This document shows, one piece after another, positions 29,145 to 38,629 of a stretch of DNA of 64,000 nt. Positions within the stretch are counted from its first letter, which is position 1. Every line of letters starts with the position of its first letter. The translations under genes and the position numbers were made by a program. The notes under the pieces were generated by a model that searched no databases, was not told where the DNA came from, and saw nothing but the letters and a program-made list of their open reading frames with translations. The stretch is taken from contig DASVEE010000057.1 in the NCBI GenBank assembly GCA_036380735.1, positions 11,646 to 75,645 of the forward strand, read 5' to 3'. Source of the DNA: Thermoanaerobaculia bacterium (GTDB taxonomy: Bacteria; Acidobacteriota; Thermoanaerobaculia; Gp7-AA8).

Positions 29145-31145
29145 ATGAAATCCATCCGTCTGGCGCTCGCCGTTGCTGCGCTCGCCATCACTACGCCGCT
29201 GCTGGCGGCCGGCCGTTTTGAATCGCTGGTGAACGGGTACAAGAACTTGCAGCCTGGTGATGCCACTCAGGTCAGCGGCGTCACGTTCACGATCGGGCAC
29301 ATGAAGATCACGCTCGAGTCGGGTAAGGCGGCGCCGCTCATGGTTGCCGGCGAACAGGCCGGCATCTTCTTCGTGGGGCAGGGGTCGTTTCAATACGTCT
29401 CAGCCGACAAGGTCGAGATTCCAATCCTGACGTACAACACGAAGAAGGAAGCGAAGCTCGATGCCAGCATCAAAGGCACCGAGGCGGTCCTGAGCGACAA
29501 GTTCACCGAGATCCTGCTCCTCGGCGCCGGAGTCGAGCTGCCGAAGCTCACCGGTGGCGGGGCGGGTTCGATCGCCGAAGAGCTGAAGAAGAACGTCGAG
29601 TACTTCGAGCGCGATCGCGGCGTGCCGCAGGAGCATCAGCTCGCGCTGCAGAAGCTCGCGTATCCGACATCGAAAGTCGTCCGCGCGCAGATCCGCGGCG
29701 GCGGCGACAACCTTCTGTATATCTATGACGGCGCCGAGACGACCGAAGAGTCGCTCGTGACGCTGAAGAACATCGGCATCCAGGACCGGACCGTCGGAAG
29801 CTGGCTGCGCTCCTCCACGCTGTCAGCGTTGCCAATCGATCGCGACCGCAAGACGCCGCCGAAGGCTCCGTACCTGCTGACGGACCTCGACTACACGCTC
29901 GTCGCCGATGGCGAAAACGCCAAGATGATGGCGACGGAGACGATCTACCGTCCGGCGCACGCAACGGCTCTTCGCTTTACGCTCAACGACATCTCCCTGC
30001 CGCGCCTCGGCGTGGCGCCGCGCCGCTACAAGGTCAACAGCGTGAAGGACGCGACCGGCCGCAGCCTGCCGTTCGACTTCACCGACACGAGCCTTTTCGT
30101 CAGCGTCGAAGGGATTCAGGGCGAGACGATCAAGCTCACGTTCGACATCGAAGGCGACTACCTCATCCGTCCGAACGGCGACGCGTTCTGGCAGCTCGGT
30201 GTCGAGCCGTGGTTCCCGCAGCCCGATCTGAACGGCCAGTACTACACGGTTCACTCGGTCGTGAAGGTGAAGAAGCCGTGGATCGCCTTCGCCCCCGGCA
30301 AGACCATCCGCCGCGTCACGGAGGGGGACTACAACGTCGTCGAGAACCGACTCAGCGAGCCGGTGCAGTTCGCGGTGGTGCATGCGGGCAAATACGAGTA
30401 CTCCGAGGAGACGCGGGGCGGCTTGACGGTGCGTGTCGCGGCGTATGCCGGCAAGAACGAGCGCGCGGAAAAGCAGCTCACGAACCTCACGTATCAGCTC
30501 GTCGAGTACTACCAGTTCTTCCTCGGGCCCTTCCCGTTCGAGGAGTTCAACATCATCCAGATCAACGACTGGGGCTACGGTGTTGCGCCTCCGGGCACGA
30601 TGTTCGTCACCAACTCGGTCTTCCAGCCGACGATGGGTGATCTCAACCGCATCTTCTCAACCGGGTCGAACGAGCTGTTCGCGCACGAGATCGCGCACCA
30701 GTACTGGGCGCACTCGCTGAAGATGCCGAGCCTCGAGGAGCAATGGCTGACGGAGTCGTTTGCCGAGTACTCGGCAGCCCTCGCGCTGCGGAAATACCAG
30801 GGAGAAGGCGTCTACAAACGCATGGTGGCCCGATGGAAGCAGAGCGCGAAGGACGCCGGCAACATCGCCCCGATCGCGCTGGCCAACCGCATCGCCGGCG
30901 ATCCGCAGGACGCCTTCATGCGCCGAACGGGTCTGCTGTACAACAAGGGACCGTATGTCCTGTACGCAATGCACAAGGAAATGGGCGATGACCAGTTCCT
31001 CACGCTGCTGAAGTCCTACCAGAAGTCGCGGCGCTTCAAGTTCGGCAACACGGCCGACTTCGCGAATCTGGCGCAGTTCCTCACGAAGAAGGACTACCAG
31101 CCGTTCTTCGACAAGTACTTCTGGGGCACTGAGATGCCGCAGTAA
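29145..31145 (+). CDS. secreted M1-family (aminopeptidase N-like gluzincin) metallopeptidase
   Basis: AGGAGG RBS, ATG 29145, signal peptide MKSIRLALAVAALAITTPLLAA; HEIAHQYW ... WLTESFAEY (HExxH-x18-E gluzincin signature). Confidence 0.8.
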   Translation: MKSIRLALAVAALAITTPLLAAGRFESLVNGYKNLQPGDATQVSGVTFTIGHMKITLESGKAAPLMVAGEQAGIFFVGQGSFQYVSADKVEIPILTYNTKKEAKLDASIKGTEAVLSDKFTEILLLGAGVELPKLTGGGAGSIAEELKKNVEYFERDRGVPQEHQLALQKLAYPTSKVVRAQIRGGGDNLLYIYDGAETTEESLVTLKNIGIQDRTVGSWLRSSTLSALPIDRDRKTPPKAPYLLTDLDYTLVADGENAKMMATETIYRPAHATALRFTLNDISLPRLGVAPRRYKVNSVKDATGRSLPFDFTDTSLFVSVEGIQGETIKLTFDIEGDYLIRPNGDAFWQLGVEPWFPQPDLNGQYYTVHSVVKVKKPWIAFAPGKTIRRVTEGDYNVVENRLSEPVQFAVVHAGKYEYSEETRGGLTVRVAAYAGKNERAEKQLTNLTYQLVEYYQFFLGPFPFEEFNIIQINDWGYGVAPPGTMFVTNSVFQPTMGDLNRIFSTGSNELFAHEIAHQYWAHSLKMPSLEEQWLTESFAEYSAALALRKYQGEGVYKRMVARWKQSAKDAGNIAPIALANRIAGDPQDAFMRRTGLLYNKGPYVLYAMHKEMGDDQFLTLLKSYQKSRRFKFGNTADFANLAQFLTKKDYQPFFDKYFWGTEMPQ

Positions 31146-31153
31146 ATCTCTCG

Positions 31154-31177
31154 GAGCGCCGGCGGAAGCCGGCGCTT
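31154..31177 (+). terminator. stem-loop after M1 peptidase gene (no clear U-tract)
   Basis: GAGCGCCGGC-GGAA-GCCGGCGCTTC. Confidence 0.3.
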
Positions 31178-31235
31178 CGGAGAACCGCTGGCTCCATCTG
31201 GCGGCTGGCCGGCTGCTCCCAACCACCGTCGATTG

Positions 31236-31925
31236 ACCGGTTTAGATCCGCCCACCGCGGTTCGAGCTCCGAAATGGCGGTTCGGGGTCCGGGCCCGGTA
31301 GTCGACGTCCGAAAGACGGCGGTTCAGGGTCCGAGCATGGCGGTTCCAAGTCCGAGTACCGCGGTCTGACGTTCGCGCGCGGCAGTTTGATGTCCGCGCC
31401 CGGCGGTCTGAGGTCCGCGCACCGCGGTCTGAGGTCCGAGCACGGCGGTTTGACGTCCGAGCACCGTGGTTTGAGGTCCGCGTACGGCAGTTTGAGGTCC
31501 GCGCACGGCGGTTTGACGTCCGAGCACGGTGGTTTGACGTCCAAGCGCGGCGGCTTGACGTCCGAGCACGGCGGTTTGAGGTCCGAACACGGTGGTCAGA
31601 GCGCGCCCTTTGGGTAATCAGACCACCGTCATCGGACTCGAAACCGCCGTGATCGGACTCGAAGCCGCCGTCATCGGACTCGAAACCGCCATGATCGGAC
31701 TCGAAACCACCGTCATCGGACTCGAAACCACCGTCATCGGACTCGAAACCACCGTCATCGGACTCGAAACCGCCGTGACCGGACTCGAAGCCGCCGTGAC
31801 CGGACTCGAAACCGCCGTGACCGGACTCGAAACCGCCGTGATCGGACTCGAAGCCGCCGTGCTCACACTTGTAAGCGGCGTGACCACGCTCGAATCGGCC
31901 GCGATCGCGTCGCCTGTGACCGAAG
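31236..31925. repeat. palindromic double tandem array 3: about 17 x 21-bp units (GGTCCGAGCACGGCGGTTTGA) then about 14 inverted units (ACTCGAAACCGCCGTGATCGG), centre near 31610
   Basis: direct reading; left half top strand equals reverse complement of right-half unit consensus. Confidence 0.95.
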
Positions 31926-31989
31926 TCATTTTATTTGCGCATTTCGTTCAGATGACCTACCTTGCTGTCACGTCCCCCGTCCCGGAGAT

Positions 31990-34332
31990 TTGATGCGCAA
32001 CGTTCGGAACATCTTCTTTGCCTGCAGCCTCGTCTGTGTGGCGGTAGCCGCGTCCGCGGATGCCGTCGGTGATGGCGTCGTCGACGCGGTTCGCCGCGGG
32101 GATCGTGCCGCGGCCGTCGCGGCTTCGCGTGCGGCGGACGATCCGGCGCCCATCGTCGAGGGGTTGCTTGCCGTCATCGAGGACAAGCAGGCTTCGACCG
32201 AGATCCGCCGCGATGCCGCTCAGGTGTTGAGCCAGATCCCCGTCGACGCCAGCGTGCGTCTGCTCCCGACGTTCGAAACGGCTTCCGACGACCTGCGCCT
32301 CGAGTTGATCGACGCGATGGGCGCCCATCGGGCGCTGCTCGCGCTCGCGAGCGACAGCAAGGCACGTTGCTCCCTTCGCACCGCCGCCGTCACGCGCTAC
32401 TGGAGCGCCGGCGGGAACCGCGCGCCGGTGCACGCGCTCTTCTCCAGCGAAACCACGCCGCCCTGCGTCGTCGTGGCCATCGCGCCGCTCCTGCAGCAGG
32501 ATCTCGATCGTGCCGACCTTCCGACGGTCGCCGCCACAGCGTCGCGCCTGGTGCTGGAGGGGCAGTCGCGCAACGAGCTGCTCGACCTGCTCGCGTCGAC
32601 CGCCGCGCGCCTCCCGCAAAAGGACGCGACGCGACTCGATCACGCGATGCTCGACGTGGTCGCCCGTCCGGCGGCGACGCACCGCCGCATTGCCGCGCTC
32701 CTCTACTTGCAGAAACGCGGCGTCAACGCGCCGCCCGATCCGGGGATGCTCCTGCGCATCGCCACGGATGACACCGCGCCCGAAGCGCTCCGCGACGCCG
32801 CTCTTGGCGCCGTCGGTTCGCTCGGCCGCCTCGACGCGCAGGCGACCGGCCGTTTGACGAACTTCGCCTCACGTCCGCAGCTCACGCCGCGGCTGCGCCG
32901 CGCGGCATTCGAGGCGCTCGCCGCCGTCGGTGCCGCTCCCGATCGTCCTGTGGCCACAGCCGCCGCCCCGGCGCTCGCCTCGGCGATGACCACCGCGCCG
33001 GCGAGCGCCGACGGCCTGGCGTTCACGCTGCCGCGCATCTCGCCGATGGCGGCCGTCGTGCTCCTCGGCGCGCTCGCGTTGCTCGCCTTCTTCATCGCAC
33101 AACCCATCGTGCTCGATCGCTGGGTGCGCAAGCATCTCAGCGTCGCGCGCGAGCGCTTCGCGGCGAAGGAAACAGTGAAGGTGCGCTCCGCGTACGTGCC
33201 GATGCCGCTCGAGCTCAATGACCGCCGCATCGAAGCCGACGACGTCGACGACGCCATGCGCGCGCTCTTCCGCCGCAGGTGCGTGCTCCTCATCAGCGGC
33301 GAAGGTGGCTCCGGCAAGACGTCGATCGCGGTGAAGCTCGCGAACGACGCGCTCGCCGCGAAGAAGCCGATGCTGCCGGTGCTCATCGAGCACGACTTCG
33401 ACGGCACGCTCCTCGACGAGGTCCGCGAACAACTGCACGACCTCCTCGGCATCAACGTCGCGCCGCAGCTCGCGCGCAAGCTGCTCCGCCAGGGACGCGT
33501 GCTGCTCATCATCGACCACTACTCCGAACTGCAGGAAACGTCGCGCCGGAAGATCGACACGAAGCAGGCGCGCGCCGTCATCATCACCTCGCGCAACGAC
33601 GAGCAGTTCCTCGGGCGCACCGTCATCAATCCGACGCGCATCCGCTGGAGCGATCTGACCAGCTTCATGGAGCACTACCTCCGCCTGCGCGACAAGCTGG
33701 AGCTGTTCAGCGACCGCGAGTTCCACGAGGCCTGCCGCAACTTCGCCGAGATGACGCACGGCCGCGACTCGACGATTCTCCTCGCCCGGCTTTTCGCCGA
33801 TCTGATGATCTCCGCGAAAGAGAAGAAGATGGAAATTCTGCCGCGCAGCGTGCCGGAGCTGATGGTGCGCTACGTCCGTTTCATGAACGTCTCGCGGCAG
33901 CCGGGCGATCCGAACAACGACGAGATCCAGCGCGCTGCCAGGCTCGTGGCATGGGAGTGCGTGAAGCAGGAGCTGGCGCCTGCACGCGCCCGCCTCGACG
34001 ACATCCGCCGCGCGGTCGGCGACGACGCCGACGAACTGCTCGAGTACCTCGAGCGCGACCTGGCGCTCATCGAGATCTGCGAGCCGGCACGCGCCGAAGT
34101 CCGCTTCACGCTGGATCCGCTGGCGGAGTACCTGGCTGCGCTGCACATCACGGAGCTCCACGGCGACGACGTGGCCAAGTGGGAGTCGTGGGTCGAACTG
34201 CTGCCCGACAACGGCCAGCGCATGCGCGGCTTCCTCCGCGCGGTCCTCGACTGCATCGGCACCGGCGACGAGCTGGAGCTCGCGCGAGAGGCGATCCGGA
34301 TCCGCATGACGGTGTTTGCGGCGGCGGCGTAG
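31990..34332 (+). CDS. membrane-anchored NACHT (STAND) NTPase with periplasmic HEAT-repeat domain
   Basis: signal peptide MMRNVRNIFFACSLVCVAVAASADA; HEAT/PBS-lyase-like repeats aa 30-330; TM helix MAAVVLLGALALLAFFIAQPIVL; Walker A GEGGSGKTS, Walker B VLLIIDHYSE, NACHT sensor motif AVIITSR; helical C-terminus. Confidence 0.75.
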   Translation: MMRNVRNIFFACSLVCVAVAASADAVGDGVVDAVRRGDRAAAVAASRAADDPAPIVEGLLAVIEDKQASTEIRRDAAQVLSQIPVDASVRLLPTFETASDDLRLELIDAMGAHRALLALASDSKARCSLRTAAVTRYWSAGGNRAPVHALFSSETTPPCVVVAIAPLLQQDLDRADLPTVAATASRLVLEGQSRNELLDLLASTAARLPQKDATRLDHAMLDVVARPAATHRRIAALLYLQKRGVNAPPDPGMLLRIATDDTAPEALRDAALGAVGSLGRLDAQATGRLTNFASRPQLTPRLRRAAFEALAAVGAAPDRPVATAAAPALASAMTTAPASADGLAFTLPRISPMAAVVLLGALALLAFFIAQPIVLDRWVRKHLSVARERFAAKETVKVRSAYVPMPLELNDRRIEADDVDDAMRALFRRRCVLLISGEGGSGKTSIAVKLANDALAAKKPMLPVLIEHDFDGTLLDEVREQLHDLLGINVAPQLARKLLRQGRVLLIIDHYSELQETSRRKIDTKQARAVIITSRNDEQFLGRTVINPTRIRWSDLTSFMEHYLRLRDKLELFSDREFHEACRNFAEMTHGRDSTILLARLFADLMISAKEKKMEILPRSVPELMVRYVRFMNVSRQPGDPNNDEIQRAARLVAWECVKQELAPARARLDDIRRAVGDDADELLEYLERDLALIEICEPARAEVRFTLDPLAEYLAALHITELHGDDVAKWESWVELLPDNGQRMRGFLRAVLDCIGTGDELELAREAIRIRMTVFAAAA

Positions 34333-34334
34333 CG

Positions 34335-34505
34335 GGTCGATAGGACGAATAGGACCCATGGGACGAATAGGACCTATGGGACAAACAAGCCTGCGCGGTC
34401 TGGCGCATCCGCGTGACGCTGGTGCCGCGGCGTAAGCCAGACAGGATCACGTCGAAGTCGCGCAGCGTCCTATCCGTCCCATGGGTTCTATTCGTCCTAT
34501 CGGTT
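34335..34505. repeat. ATAGGAC-unit hairpin element with about 80-nt loop (copy 8)
   Basis: GATAGGACGAATAGGACCCATGGGACGAATAGGACCTATGGGAC ... GTCCTATCCGTCCCATGGGTTCTATTCGTCCTATCGG. Confidence 0.85.
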
Positions 34506-34595
34506 CTGCCGCGCCCGCCGGGCGGAAGCGTAGCCGGCGCCCCCTCGCACCTTCCTGCCGTTACGGGGCGGCACGCGGTAAAATGGCGGCGCCTC

Positions 34596-37500
34596 ATGTC
34601 CTTCGTTCATCTCCATCTCCATACTGAATACTCCCTCCTCGACGGCGCCTCGCGACCGGAAGAGCTCGCGAAGCGTGTCGCCAAGCAGGGCATGCCTGCC
34701 TGCGCCATCACCGACCACGGCAACATGTTCGGCGCGGTCGAGTTCTACAACGCCATGAAGAAGGAGGGGGTCAAGCCGATCATCGGCTGCGAGATGTACG
34801 TCGCGTATGGCTCCCGCTTCGACAAGGCTGGCGTCGAAGACGGTCAGGCGGACGCGGGCGCGAACAACCACCTCATCGTGCTGGCGCAGAACGACACCGG
34901 CTACAAGAACCTGGTCAAGCTCGTCTCGGCGGGCTATACCGAGGGCTTCTACTACAAGCCGCGCATCGACAAGGAGCTGCTGCGCGAGCACCGCGAAGGG
35001 CTGATCGTCCTCTCCTCGTGCCTCAAGGGCGAAGTCTCGCAGAGCCTCGCCGGCGGCAACTGGCAGAAAGCCAAAGACGCCGCGCTGACGTACCGCGAGA
35101 TCCTCGGGCCGGAGAACTTCTTCCTCGAGATCCAGGATCACGGCATCCCCGATCAGCAGAAGATCGTGCCGATGATGGCGAAGCTCGCCGACGAAGTCGG
35201 GCTGCGCATGGTCGCCACGAACGATTCGCACTACCTCGACAAGTCCGACGCTTTCGCGCACGAGGTCCTGCTCTGCATCGGCACCGGCAAGACCCTCAAC
35301 GACGAGAAGCGGATGAAGTTCTACTCCGACGACTTCTACGTGAAGGGGCCGGACGAGATGCGCCGCGTCTTCGCCGACTACCCCGAGGCCGTGGACAACA
35401 CGGTGCGGATCGCGGAGCGCGTGAACCTCTCGCTCGACGTCAAAGGGCACCACCTGCCGAAGTTTCCGGTGCCCGAGGGATCGACGCTCGCCGATCACTT
35501 CGCGAGAGTTGCGCGCGCGGGTCTCGACAAGCGCATGAGCGCCATGGCGCATCTCTTCGCCGCGAAGCGCAAGAAGCACGAGCCGAAGGAATACTACGAC
35601 CGGCTCGAGCGCGAGATCGAGATCATCAAGAACATGCAGTTCCCCGGCTACTTCCTCGTGGTCTGGGACTTCATCAAGTACGCGCGCGACCACGGCATCC
35701 CCGTCGGCCCGGGCCGCGGTTCCGCCGCCGGCTCGCTCGTCGCATATTCGCTCGGCATCACCGACGTCGATCCGCTCGAGTACGACCTTCTCTTCGAGCG
35801 CTTCCTCAACCCCGAGCGCATCTCGATGCCCGACATCGACCTCGACTTCTGCATGAACCGTCGCGGTGAAGTCATCGAGTACGTACGCGACAAGTACGGC
35901 AAGGAGAACGTCGCCCAGATCATTACGTTCGGAACGATGGCCGCGAAGTCGGTCGTCCGCGACGTCGGCCGCGTGCTCGGGCATCAGTACGGCTTCGTCG
36001 ACAAGATCTCGAAGATGATCCCCGGCGGTCCGGGCGTCACGCTGACCGACGCGAAGAAGGACTCGCCGCAGCTCGCCGAGGCGATCAAGAACGACGCCGA
36101 GGTGAAGAAGATCATCGAGATCGGCGAGAAGCTCGAAGGGCTGTCGCGCCACGCCGGCATGCACGCGGCGGGCGTCGTCATCACGCCGGAGCCCGTGACG
36201 AATTACGTGCCGCTATACCGCACGAACCGCGATGAAATCGTGACGCAGTTCGACATGCGCGTCGTCGAGAAGATGGGCCTCGTCAAGATGGACTTCCTCG
36301 GCCTGCGCACGCTGACGGTCATCGACGACGCGATCAAGTCGGCGAAGAGCGTCGACGGCATCGACATCGACATCGACCGCATCCCGCTCGACGATCCGGA
36401 TGTCTTCCGCCTCTTCCAGGAAGGGCGGACCAAGGGCGTGTTCCAGTTCGAATCCGGTGGCATGGTCGACCTCCTCCGGAAAGCGCGCCCGACGCAGTTC
36501 GAAGACCTCGCCGCACTCAACGCGCTTTATCGCCCGGGCGCGCTCGACGCCGGCATGGTCGACGAGTACGTGAAGCGCAAGAACGGCACGTCGAAGGCGA
36601 AGTACCTCGTGCCGGTGATGAAAGACGTGCTCGAGGAGACGTACGGCGTCATCGTCTACCAGGAGCAGGTCATGCAGATCGCGCAGAAGGTCGCGGCCTA
36701 CTCCCTCGGACAGGCCGACCTGCTGCGCAAGGCGATGGGCAAGAAGGACGCGGCGGTCATGGCGGCCGAGCGCGGCAAGTTCGTCGACGGCGCCGTCAAC
36801 AACGGCTACGAAAAGAAGAAGGCGAACGAGATCTTCGACTACATCGAGCCGTTCGCGCGCTACGGCTTCAACAAGTCGCACTCCGTGGCGTACGCGCTGG
36901 TCGCTTACCAGACGGCGTGGCTGAAAGTGCATCACCCGCGTCACTTCATGGCGGCACTGATGTCGTCGGAAATGGACCGCACCGACGCAGTCGTCAAGTT
37001 CATCGGCGAAGCGAAGCAGATGGGCATCGAAGTGATGCCGCCCGACATCAACGAATCGAACTTCCTCTTCACTGTCGTGGGCCAGAACATCCGCTTCGGC
37101 CTCGGCGCCGTGAAAGGGGTGGGCGAGGGGGCGATCGAATCGATCCTCGCGGCGCGGCAGAAGCTCGGCCGCTTCAAGACGCTCCTCGCCTTCTGCGAAG
37201 AGGTCGACCTTCGCGCGTGTAACAAGAAGGTGCTCGAAGCGCTGATCAAGTCCGGCTCGTTCGACTTCCTCGGCACGTCGCGACGCGCGCTGTACGAGCA
37301 ACTCGAAGCGACGGCCGATTCGGCGCAGCGGGCGAAGGACGAAAAAGAGAAGGGGCAGAACTCGCTCTTCGGCATGCTGGGAGGCGGCGGCTCGATCCAG
37401 TCGAGCAGCACGCCGGCCGCGATCGCGAAGATGCCGGAGTGGCCGGAAGACGAGCGCCTTCGCTACGAGAAGGAAACGCTCGGCTTCTACATCACCGGGC

Positions 37501-38441
37501 ATCCGCTGAACAAATACGGCGACGAGCTGGGGCTCTTCGCCAATGCCACGACGGAGACGCTCTACAAGCACGTCGACGAAGTCGTGAACATCGGCGGCAT
37601 CGTTTCGCAGATCAAGAAGTCGAAGATCAAGAAGGGGCCGAACGAGGGGAAGATGATGGCCAAGTTCTTCCTCGACGATCAGTACGGCTCGGTCGAGGTG
37701 GTCTGCTTCTCCGATCTCTACTCCAAGTATCAGCGGTGGCTGGAGAACGGCGTGGCCATTCTGGTGACCGCGAACGTGAAGGACACGGGCGGCGTGCAGG
37801 CGGGCCGCTCGGCCTCGCTGCAGAGTGCCGAACAGAACGCGCACCAGATCGACGACGAGTACGGCGGCCATCCGGAGACGGCGCGCGCGCGGGTCTCGGC
37901 GTACCAGATCTCGTACTACGAGATCGGCGAAGAGGACGATCGCGATCCGAAGGACATCGAGCGCGAGCGTGTGGGGGCGGACGTCGACCAGTACATCGTC
38001 GGCGGGGGACTGTTCGGCGGCGCGGCTCCGTCGGAGGTCGACGAATTCAACGCCCTGGTCAGCGAGTTGACGCCCGAGGTGACGACCAACTTCGCTGCGC
38101 ACGCCGCGGCGTTCCACGAGTCGCCGATCACGCCGGAGCTGTCCGCGCTCGACATCACGCCGCTCGACGGGATTCGCGACAAGAAGGTGAAGGAGATCTC
38201 ACTCGAGGTCGCCTATCCGGCGATGAGCGAGGACACGGTGCGTAAGATCCGCGAGATCGTCGAAGAGAACCTCGGCGAGATCCCGCTGACGGTGACGCTG
38301 ATCGACCTGCCGGCGTCGCTCGCCGCGAGCGCCGGACCGCAGCTCAAACTGCGCGTGAACCATCACTTCAAGGTGCAGCCGGGACCGGGGTTGACCCACG
38401 CCTTCGAGCAGGTGCACGCGAATCCGCGGTACGTGTTCTAA
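34596..38441 (+). CDS. dnaE: DNA polymerase III alpha subunit
   Basis: PHP domain MSFVHLHLHTEYSLLDGA; polymerase core and OB-fold regions collinear with DnaE; ATG 34596 within track ORF 34413..38441. Confidence 0.95.
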   Translation: MSFVHLHLHTEYSLLDGASRPEELAKRVAKQGMPACAITDHGNMFGAVEFYNAMKKEGVKPIIGCEMYVAYGSRFDKAGVEDGQADAGANNHLIVLAQNDTGYKNLVKLVSAGYTEGFYYKPRIDKELLREHREGLIVLSSCLKGEVSQSLAGGNWQKAKDAALTYREILGPENFFLEIQDHGIPDQQKIVPMMAKLADEVGLRMVATNDSHYLDKSDAFAHEVLLCIGTGKTLNDEKRMKFYSDDFYVKGPDEMRRVFADYPEAVDNTVRIAERVNLSLDVKGHHLPKFPVPEGSTLADHFARVARAGLDKRMSAMAHLFAAKRKKHEPKEYYDRLEREIEIIKNMQFPGYFLVVWDFIKYARDHGIPVGPGRGSAAGSLVAYSLGITDVDPLEYDLLFERFLNPERISMPDIDLDFCMNRRGEVIEYVRDKYGKENVAQIITFGTMAAKSVVRDVGRVLGHQYGFVDKISKMIPGGPGVTLTDAKKDSPQLAEAIKNDAEVKKIIEIGEKLEGLSRHAGMHAAGVVITPEPVTNYVPLYRTNRDEIVTQFDMRVVEKMGLVKMDFLGLRTLTVIDDAIKSAKSVDGIDIDIDRIPLDDPDVFRLFQEGRTKGVFQFESGGMVDLLRKARPTQFEDLAALNALYRPGALDAGMVDEYVKRKNGTSKAKYLVPVMKDVLEETYGVIVYQEQVMQIAQKVAAYSLGQADLLRKAMGKKDAAVMAAERGKFVDGAVNNGYEKKKANEIFDYIEPFARYGFNKSHSVAYALVAYQTAWLKVHHPRHFMAALMSSEMDRTDAVVKFIGEAKQMGIEVMPPDINESNFLFTVVGQNIRFGLGAVKGVGEGAIESILAARQKLGRFKTLLAFCEEVDLRACNKKVLEALIKSGSFDFLGTSRRALYEQLEATADSAQRAKDEKEKGQNSLFGMLGGGGSIQSSSTPAAIAKMPEWPEDERLRYEKETLGFYITGHPLNKYGDELGLFANATTETLYKHVDEVVNIGGIVSQIKKSKIKKGPNEGKMMAKFFLDDQYGSVEVVCFSDLYSKYQRWLENGVAILVTANVKDTGGVQAGRSASLQSAEQNAHQIDDEYGGHPETARARVSAYQISYYEIGEEDDRDPKDIERERVGADVDQYIVGGGLFGGAAPSEVDEFNALVSELTPEVTTNFAAHAAAFHESPITPELSALDITPLDGIRDKKVKEISLEVAYPAMSEDTVRKIREIVEENLGEIPLTVTLIDLPASLAASAGPQLKLRVNHHFKVQPGPGLTHAFEQVHANPRYVF

Positions 38442-38445
38442 GGCT

Positions 38446-38530
38446 TGGGACGATAAGCGAACAGGACCTTTAGGGCCGATGGGAAGAGAGTTGTCCGTCC
38501 TGTCGGTCCTCTTCACCCCATCGTTGGATG
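38446..38530. repeat. degenerate ATAGGAC-family element (copy 9)
   Basis: GGGACGATAAGCGAACAGGACC ... GTCCGTCCTGTCGGTCC. Confidence 0.5.
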
Positions 38531-38629
38531 GCGGCCCTGCCTTTCGATCAGGTGGGTCAAAGCCAGAATCAAGCTATACTCCGGGCTGACTCACGCAGCA
38601 AATAACCACAATCCAACGAGGGCCCGGCT

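Noticed and set aside
20466-31925. CRISPR array interpretation of the tandem arrays
   Set aside because: The units are contiguous direct repeats with no unique spacers and a 21-bp period. No cas genes in the window.
31242-31993. ORFs inside the palindromic array (31324..31590 minus GRQTAVL heptads; 31592..31993 plus GLETAVI heptads; 31618..31929 minus)
   Set aside because: Same reason as array 1. The two halves are reverse complements, so equivalent peptides arise on both strands, which is a signature of non-coding repeat DNA.
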